A stretch of DNA of 32,000 nucleotides, taken from Candidatus Electrothrix sp. GW3-4 (lineage in GTDB: Bacteria > Desulfobacterota > Desulfobulbia > Desulfobulbales > Desulfobulbaceae). The DNA is taken from the NCBI RefSeq assembly GCF_037902255.1, contig NZ_CP147990.1, positions 2,640,001 through 2,672,000 on the forward strand, written 5' to 3'. Each line of letters begins with the position of its first letter. Within the stretch, counting starts at the first letter, position 1. The notes under the pieces were generated by a model, which saw only the letters and a program-made list of their open reading frames with translations, was not told the DNA's origin and did no database searches. A program made the translations under genes and the position numbers. Below are positions 26,199 to 32,000 of the stretch, in pieces.

Positions 26199-26957
26199 AT
26201 GAAAATCGCGATCAGTGGCAAGGGCGGGGTCGGCAAGACAACCATCATGGCTCTATTGGCCGGAGAACTAAAAAAACAGGGGCAAAAAGTCCTGGTCATT
26301 GATGCTGACCCCAGTCCTCATATGGCGGAAACCCTGGGAATCAGAGATGCCAAACAGGTCAAGCCCATTGCTGAAATGGGCGTTCTGCTGGCAGAGCGAG
26401 CCGGGAAGACGCAGGGTTCCCCTTTCTATAACCTTAACCCTGAGGTCAATGACCTGTTGCGGGACTTCATGCTGGAACAAGATGGCATTCGCCTGATGAT
26501 CCTGGGAGCGGTCCAAACCGCAGAGGGCGGCTGTGCCTGCCCGGAAAACCATGTCCTCCGCAAGATGCTCAAAAAAATGCTCTTAACCGCCAATGAAACA
26601 GTGCTCCTGGATATGGAAGCCGGAGTAGAGCATCTGGGCCGAGGCACCGTAGCCGGGGCAGATTGCCTCCTCATAGTGACAATCCCCTCCAGGTCTGGTA
26701 TCCGCACCGCCTTGAAAATCAAAAAAATGGCTGATGATGTAGGGATTCCTCGGGTCTATTTTATCGGCAACCTCATTCAAGATGAGCAGGATGAAATATT
26801 CCTAGAGCAGGAACTGGGCGAACGACCGCTTGTTTCTTTCCCGGACTCCAAGGCAGTGCGCCGCGCTGAACGGGCTGAGCAGGCAATACTCTCGATCAAG
26901 GAAGGCTTAGATGATGCACCGGGTCAGCTTGTACGTCAATTGCTGTCCCAAGGATGA
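26199..26957 (+). CDS. cooC: CooC/AcsF-type MinD-family nickel-insertion ATPase
   Basis: Deviant Walker A MKIAISGKGGVGKTT and a CxC metal motif (GGCACPEN), as in the CO-dehydrogenase maturation factor CooC. SD GGAGAA lies upstream. Confidence 0.75.
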   Translation: MKIAISGKGGVGKTTIMALLAGELKKQGQKVLVIDADPSPHMAETLGIRDAKQVKPIAEMGVLLAERAGKTQGSPFYNLNPEVNDLLRDFMLEQDGIRLMILGAVQTAEGGCACPENHVLRKMLKKMLLTANETVLLDMEAGVEHLGRGTVAGADCLLIVTIPSRSGIRTALKIKKMADDVGIPRVYFIGNLIQDEQDEIFLEQELGERPLVSFPDSKAVRRAERAEQAILSIKEGLDDAPGQLVRQLLSQG

Positions 26958-27012
26958 TGGGAAAGTGTACTGAGGCAGTGAAAAAGTTGGTCTTGGCTTC
27001 AGGCATTAGGCT

Positions 27013-27327
27013 TCAGATCGGGGAAAATTGCCAAGTCAGTTGGCGAGAAGGAGCAAATGAGTTGATCCTTCTCCCGGTTATTCTGGTGCGGAGTGCCTGC
27101 AGGCTGCCCCCAAAAAAACTCTGGACAGAGAGGAACACAACAAAATGCCGGGGGGGAATGTTACTGCCGTGCAGGAAGATCACGTCATCGCCAGTGAGGA
27201 GAATCCAGCATATGAAAAGAAGAAAAAGGAAAGATAAGGAGGCCAACACCATGAAAAAAAATTTTTCAAATGCGTTTATACTTCCCTGCCCCTTATTTCG
27301 GCCCAGCTGATTTTTTTTAACAACCAT
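27013..27327 (-). CDS. hypothetical small membrane protein (104 aa, one TM helix)
   Basis: GGAGGT SD 6 nt upstream of ATG 27327. TM segment FFFMVLASLSFLFLLFICWILL. Codon choice (CTG, GGC, GAC, ATC, CGG) looks more genome-like than that of the overlapping plus ORF. No family recognised. Confidence 0.35.
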   Translation of the reverse strand: MVVKKNQLGRNKGQGSINAFEKFFFMVLASLSFLFLLFICWILLTGDDVIFLHGSNIPPRHFVVFLSVQSFFGGSLQALRTRITGRRINSFAPSRQLTWQFSPI

Positions 27328-27598
27328 ATACACACCTCCTCGCCCTTGCAATAAATATTTTTTGTACTTTATCTCGCCATAGTAAAATTTTTTAAATATT
27401 TAATAGTATTAATAATAGTTATTACTTTATCTTTATCTTATCAGATAACATCAAGATGTCAACAGGGCATCTTTTAAAAAAATAACTTCCAAAAATAACA
27501 ACAGAAGTACAGCAGGATAAAACAAGGGTGTTTTTTTTCTGCCGCAGTAATAAAGAAGGACTCTGAAGGATGGTTGCTTAACAAACGCTACAGGGGTA

Positions 27599-28465
27599 TT
27601 AAGTGAGCAGGGTACTCCGATACTGTTCAATAAAGGCATCAATATCCTGCTGCCATCCTTGCATCAGATTCATACCTTGCTCTTTCAGCAAACTGTTTTC
27701 CAGGATGGAATTGGCTGGTCGGTGAGCCGGGGTAGGGTATTCCGCCGTGCTACAGGGTTCAAGAGAAAACGCAACCCCCATGGATTCCAAAAAATATTTT
27801 GCACCAGCATACCAGGTACTGGACCCTTCAGCAGTCGCATGGGCAATACCGGTGAGCCCAGAAGAGAGCAGCTGGCGAATCTGACGAGCGAGGGTCATGG
27901 TCCAGGTAAGCGAACCGTACTGATCATTAACCACCCGGATAGTCCGCTCGGGATCTGCCATTGCCAGGCGCAACATGGTCTTGAGGAAATTATGCCCTCC
28001 CATCCCGTAGAGCCACGAGGTACGCAGAATGAGAAAATCATCCATTCTGTCCGCAATGGCCTGCTCGCCAGCCAGCTTACTTTTCCCATAGGCAGATAAG
28101 GGGACAACCGGGTCCTGCTCCCTGTACGGTTCTGAAATGGGTTTATTGCCAGCAAAAACATAATCCGTCGAGATATGGATGAGTCGAGCACCTTCAGTTG
28201 CACAGGCTTCGGCCAGATGAGCAGCACCCTGAGCATTAACCGCCCAGCAGACCTCCTGCTCACTTTCACATTTATCCACCGCAGTATAGGCAGCGCAATT
28301 GACAACTACATCCGGCCGTAGTGTTTGCACCTCACGTTGCACCTGTTCTGGCCGGGTAATGTCCAATTGCCCCGAGGTACGGCCATGCACAGTATGCGTT
28401 TTTCCTATGATCGTGCAACAGTCCTGCCCCAGCTGACCGCCTGCCCCTGTTATAAGAATATTCAT
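27599..28465 (-). CDS. rfbD: dTDP-4-dehydrorhamnose reductase
   Basis: 288 aa. MNILITGAGGQLGQD, catalytic YGKSKLAGE, and overall RmlD-type sequence. Confidence 0.9.
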   Translation of the reverse strand: MNILITGAGGQLGQDCCTIIGKTHTVHGRTSGQLDITRPEQVQREVQTLRPDVVVNCAAYTAVDKCESEQEVCWAVNAQGAAHLAEACATEGARLIHISTDYVFAGNKPISEPYREQDPVVPLSAYGKSKLAGEQAIADRMDDFLILRTSWLYGMGGHNFLKTMLRLAMADPERTIRVVNDQYGSLTWTMTLARQIRQLLSSGLTGIAHATAEGSSTWYAGAKYFLESMGVAFSLEPCSTAEYPTPAHRPANSILENSLLKEQGMNLMQGWQQDIDAFIEQYRSTLLT

Positions 28466-28553
28466 TGCGAAACTCCAGGTCTGCTCCCTCGCCCTTTGAG
28501 ACAGGGGAATTCATTTTTTTTATCAAAGGATATTATCATATTCTTCAATTTCC

Positions 28554-29450
28554 TCATGAGGCAACTACCCCTTCCTGCAGTTTTGCATCTTCCAGCATCG
28601 ACATCAGATATTGACCGTACTGGTTTTTCAACATGGATTGAGCAAGCAGAGCAACCTGTTCAGCCGTGATGTATCCCTGCCGAAAGGCAATTTCCTCAAT
28701 ACAGGCAATCTTGAGCCCCTGGCGGTCCTGCACCGCCTGCACGTAACTTGATGCCTGCTGTAGAGATTCGTGAGTTCCTGTATCCAGCCAGCAAAAGCCC
28801 CGCCCCAGCAGCTCCACACTTAAATTTCCCTGCTCAAGATAGCAGGAATTGACATCAGTAATCTCAAGTTCACCCCGAGGTGAGGGCTTTATCGATGCGG
28901 CAATATCGACCACCGTGTTATCGTAAAAATACAAGCCAGGCACGGCAAAACGTGACTTGGGTCTTTCAGGCTTTTCTTCAATACCAATAACCCGTTTGTC
29001 GGCATCAAACTCAACAACACCGTACCGTTCTGGGTCCTTAACCAGATAGCCAAAGATGATCCCCCCATCTATAAGTTTGCTGCACCGTTGCACGATCCCG
29101 GCAAAACCATGACCGAAGAAAATATTATCCCCCAAGACAAGGGCAACCGGCTCATTAGCGATAAAATCTTTGCCAATAAGGAATGCCTGTGCCAGACCTT
29201 CTGGACGAGGTTGTTCGGCATAGGAAAGATTGAGACCGAGCTGTCCTCCATCGCCAAAGAGTTCAATAAACCGAGGCAAATCGCTTGGCGTGGAAATAAT
29301 CAGGATATCCCGGATGCCAGCCAGCATGAGCACAGACAAGGGATAGTAGATCATGGGCTTATCGTAGACCGGGATCAGCTGTTTACTCATCACCTTGGTT
29401 AACGGATAAAGACGGGTCCCAGAGCCGCCTGCAAGAATAACACCTTTCAT
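28554..29450 (-). CDS. rfbA: glucose-1-phosphate thymidylyltransferase
   Basis: [18 protein letters not shown]...[17 protein letters not shown]...LGDNIF...IEEKP match RmlA. Start at ATG 29450, with a GGAGAA SD. Confidence 0.95.
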   Translation of the reverse strand: MKGVILAGGSGTRLYPLTKVMSKQLIPVYDKPMIYYPLSVLMLAGIRDILIISTPSDLPRFIELFGDGGQLGLNLSYAEQPRPEGLAQAFLIGKDFIANEPVALVLGDNIFFGHGFAGIVQRCSKLIDGGIIFGYLVKDPERYGVVEFDADKRVIGIEEKPERPKSRFAVPGLYFYDNTVVDIAASIKPSPRGELEITDVNSCYLEQGNLSVELLGRGFCWLDTGTHESLQQASSYVQAVQDRQGLKIACIEEIAFRQGYITAEQVALLAQSMLKNQYGQYLMSMLEDAKLQEGVVAS

Positions 29451-29539
29451 ATAGTTCTCCGAAGCCACCTGAAAAACACTTGCTGCTTGCCTCAGGGGCT
29501 GATTCTATGATATGAATTACTTACTCATTCGTTTTCTCA

Positions 29540-29567
29540 TTGCTCAAATATTAAGCTTTAGTATAAC
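29540..29567 (+). promoter_or_regulatory. candidate promoter for manB
   Basis: TTGCTC (29540-29545), 16-nt spacer, TATAAC (29562-29567), inside an AT-rich divergent intergenic region. Motif match only. Confidence 0.25.
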
Positions 29568-29629
29568 GTATTTATTTTTGTTGTTCAAAATTTGTTTGTC
29601 AAAATATTTCATTCTACTAGAGGTCAGTT

Positions 29630-31003
29630 ATGTCGGAACCGCTCAAATGTTTTACAGCCTATGATGTCCGGGGACATGTGCCAGAGGAGCTGAATAAAGA
29701 TATTGCAGCCCGTATCGGGCTTGCCTTCTGCCGACAAATTGATGCAGGTAAGGTCGTTATAGGACATGACATTCGCTTGTCCAGCCCAGAGATCAACGAG
29801 AACCTCTGTCAGGTGCTTACCAGGGCGGGTATTGATGTTATCGACATCGGTCTCTGCTGCACAGAAGAGATCTACTTTGCCGTCTTTCAGGGAGAAAACA
29901 CAGGGGTAGACGGAGGCATCATGGTGACAGCCAGCCATAATCCGTCTGACTATAATGGGATGAAATTTGTTGCTCAAGGTGCCCGCCCCATGTCTTCGGA
30001 CTCTGGCCTCCTGGAAGTGGCAGAAAACGCCGCTTCCGAGGGATGGTACAAGAGTATCTTGCCTCAGCAGCCGGATCATATCGGACGGCACAGCAAGATG
30101 CCAAATAAATATCGCTATATTTCAGGCCTGCTCTCATCCATCGACAACGACGCCTTACAGCCTTTGAAAATTGTTATCAACGCAGGTAATGGTTGTGCCG
30201 GGCCTGTGATTGATCTTCTGGAACATCACCTTCCTTTTACCTTTATCAAACTCAATCACAAGCCAGACGGCAATTTTCCCAAAGGAGTGCCCAATCCTCT
30301 GCTGCCGGAAAATCGAGACGAAACATCCCAAGCCGTGCAAGAACATGCTGCTGATCTCGGCGTGGCTTGGGATGGAGATGCAGACCGCTGTTTCCTTTTT
30401 GACGAAACAGGTCGTTTTATCGAGGGATATTATATTGTCGGCCTCTTAGCTGCTGCAATGCTCAAACGCCATCCCGGCGCAACAATCCTTCATGACCCCA
30501 GACTGATCTGGAATACTCAGGAAATTGTTCACGCCGCAGGAGGCAAGGCCGTGATGACCAAAACCGGCCATGCCTTTATTAAAGAGGCTATGCGGCGGGA
30601 ACAAGCCGTCTACGGGGGTGAGATGTCAGCTCATCATTATTTTCAGGACTTTGGTTATTGTGACTCCGGCATGCTCCCTTGGCTACTGGTTGCCCAGCTC
30701 ATCTACCAACAGGGTACCCCCTTGTCTGCCCTGGTTAACGAACGGATGCAGGCCTATCCGGTTAGTGGAGAGATTAATTCCACAGTGGCTGATCCCGACG
30801 CGACCTTGCGGCATATTGAAGAACAGTACAACGACGGAGAGAAGGATTACACCGATGGACTCTCAATCTCCTATCCCGAGTTTCGCTTCAACCTCCGCAA
30901 ATCCAACACCGAACCTGTCCTCCGCCTGAATGTGGAAACCCGCGCCAACGAGCAGCTCCTCCAGGAAAAAACAGAGGAGCTCCTGGCCTTGATCAGGGCG
31001 TAA
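29630..31003 (+). CDS. manB: phosphomannomutase/phosphoglucomutase
   Basis: 457 aa. Active-site TASHNPSDYNGMKF, metal loop WDGDADRC, and GGEMSAHHYF. SD AGAGG lies upstream. Confidence 0.9.
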   Translation: MSEPLKCFTAYDVRGHVPEELNKDIAARIGLAFCRQIDAGKVVIGHDIRLSSPEINENLCQVLTRAGIDVIDIGLCCTEEIYFAVFQGENTGVDGGIMVTASHNPSDYNGMKFVAQGARPMSSDSGLLEVAENAASEGWYKSILPQQPDHIGRHSKMPNKYRYISGLLSSIDNDALQPLKIVINAGNGCAGPVIDLLEHHLPFTFIKLNHKPDGNFPKGVPNPLLPENRDETSQAVQEHAADLGVAWDGDADRCFLFDETGRFIEGYYIVGLLAAAMLKRHPGATILHDPRLIWNTQEIVHAAGGKAVMTKTGHAFIKEAMRREQAVYGGEMSAHHYFQDFGYCDSGMLPWLLVAQLIYQQGTPLSALVNERMQAYPVSGEINSTVADPDATLRHIEEQYNDGEKDYTDGLSISYPEFRFNLRKSNTEPVLRLNVETRANEQLLQEKTEELLALIRA

Positions 31004-31020
31004 AGAGAGACCGATATATT

Positions 31021-31097
31021 GTAGGGACAGGCCCCCTGTACCTGCCCAATGCATACCGAATAATATGTTCAGGGCAAACACAGGGATTTGCCCCTAC
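31021..31097. repeat. inverted pair of REP-like GTAG hairpin elements (REPIN/BIME-like) between manB and manC
   Basis: Left arm GTAGGGACAGGCCCCCTGTACCTGCCC (31021-31047). Right arm GGGCAAACACAGGGATTTGCCCCTAC (31072-31097), whose reverse complement is GTAGGGGCAAATCCCTGTGTTTGCCC. The right arm alone folds as GGGCAAA/TTTGCCC. A related copy lies at 20884-20907. Confidence 0.6.
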
Positions 31098-31112
31098 GAC
31101 CTTAAACAAAAT

Positions 31113-32000
31113 ATGCGTATTCAACCAGTCATTCTTGCTGGCGGCACCGGTACCCGACTCTGGCCTCTCTCCCGTGAACTGTACCCAAAGCAATTGCTCA
31201 GTCTGATCGGCGAACATTCCCTTCTGCAAACCACCCTTATCCGCGTCAACCTGATACCGGATGCCCTGCCCCCTCTTATTGTTGTGGGCGAAGAACACCG
31301 TTTTCTGACCCGTTCCCAAGTGGAAGAACTGAATCTGTTTCCCCAGTATCAGCTTCTTCTCGAGCCCTTGGGCAAAGACACAGCCCCGGCTGTCTGTGGT
31401 GCCGCCCTGTTTGCGCAAAAACACAGTGAAAAAGACATGCTCCTGCTCGTCTTGCCAGCAGATCACCTCATTGCCCGACCAGATGATTTTGTCAACGCCG
31501 TACTCCGGGCCAAAAAACTTGCTCAGCGAGGTAAGCTTGCGACTTTTGGTATTGTGCCGGATCGCCCTGAAACCGGGTACGGCTATATCCGCAGAGGCCC
31601 TAAGCATGCGGTCCAGTCCTTTGTGGAAAAACCAGACCTGACAACAGCAGAACAGTATATTGCTGACAGCAATTACTTCTGGAACAGCGGCATGTTTGCC
31701 TTTCCTGCTGATCTTCTCCTTGCCGAGCTGAACGAGCATGCCCATGATACCGTGTCCTGCATGAAAAAGGCGGTCAAGAAAGGATCTCCTGATGGTGTGT
31801 TCTTTCGCTTTGACCCCAAGGCCATGCAGCAGAGCCCGGCTGAGTCTATTGATTACGCTCTGATGGAAAAAACCAGCCAGGCAGTGGTGGTTGAGGCGGA
31901 TTTCGGCTGGAACGATATCGGTTCCTGGCGGGCCCTCTGGGAGGTCACGGAAAAAGACCCGCAAGGGAATGTGGTCAGTGGAGACGTGCTCCTTGAGGAC
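31113..32000 (+). CDS. manC: mannose-1-phosphate guanylyltransferase (ManC/CpsB), N-terminal 296 codons; continues past the window end
   Basis: Open-ended frame, so absent from the ORF track. Manual translation: MRIQPVILAGGTGTRLWPLSRELYPKQLL...LEPLGKDTAPAV...LPADHLI...TFGIVPDRPETGYGYI...FVEKPD...YFWNSGMF. The 323-aa minus ORF 30993..31964 is its antisense shadow. Confidence 0.9.
   Translation, partial: MRIQPVILAGGTGTRLWPLSRELYPKQLLSLIGEHSLLQTTLIRVNLIPDALPPLIVVGEEHRFLTRSQVEELNLFPQYQLLLEPLGKDTAPAVCGAALFAQKHSEKDMLLLVLPADHLIARPDDFVNAVLRAKKLAQRGKLATFGIVPDRPETGYGYIRRGPKHAVQSFVEKPDLTTAEQYIADSNYFWNSGMFAFPADLLLAELNEHAHDTVSCMKKAVKKGSPDGVFFRFDPKAMQQSPAESIDYALMEKTSQAVVVEADFGWNDIGSWRALWEVTEKDPQGNVVSGDVLLED

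Noticed and set aside
26954-27310. 118-aa plus ORF overlapping the cooC stop, as a confident gene
   Set aside because: It uses rare AGG/AGA/ATA/TTA codons heavily and has an odd Cys/Arg/Lys-rich composition with no family resemblance. It is not excluded (see finding), but it is not called as a feature.
30993-31964. 323-aa minus-strand ORF
   Set aside because: It is antisense to the open-ended manC frame, whose N-terminus (ILAGGTGTRLWPLS...) is unmistakable. It is a shadow ORF.

Overview
Chromosomal window of about 50-55% GC by eye, gene-dense and mostly housekeeping. The gene content (futalosine-route menaquinone genes, CooC, PPK1 plus PPK2, GGDEF) suggests an anaerobic Desulfobacterota-like bacterium, but that is inference only. 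No rRNA, tRNA, CRISPR array, transposase or integrase was recognised. Left to right: mpl (partial), a small coupled ORF, a secreted hypothetical, a coiled-coil/GAF/GGDEF cyclase, an RNase II/R-family exoribonuclease, era, a CvpA-like membrane protein, ppk2, a 3-beta-HSD/epimerase-family SDR and ppk1. A long co-directional plus-strand array follows (12565-25224): radical-SAM MqnE/MqnC, amidohydrolase (aminofutalosine-deaminase-like), MqnA-family, MenG/UbiE, UbiX, then YpfJ and CbiH/CobJ. After it come a BI-1/YccA protein, CooC, rfbD, rfbA, manB and manC (partial). The most interesting signal is that the menaquinone array is interrupted twice by accessory-type genes. (1) An AAA-ATPase_like/PD-(D/E)XK (PDDEXK_9-type) gene lies between the deaminase and mqnA. 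(2) A 4.2-kb module lies between menG and ubiX. It holds a NACHT/STAND NTPase with a C-terminal pentapeptide-repeat domain (split by a +1 frameshift and compositionally mosaic), a REP-like hairpin, a degenerate 21-nt tandem array of 9 to 14 units, and an AlbA_2 (Schlafen-like)/HATPase_c_4 protein. Both inserted blocks end in ATGA stop/start overlaps with the downstream mqn gene. I regard the NACHT-PPR / array / AlbA_2 block as the best candidate for an undescribed defence or regulatory module. The evidence is motif-level only, from reading the sequence.
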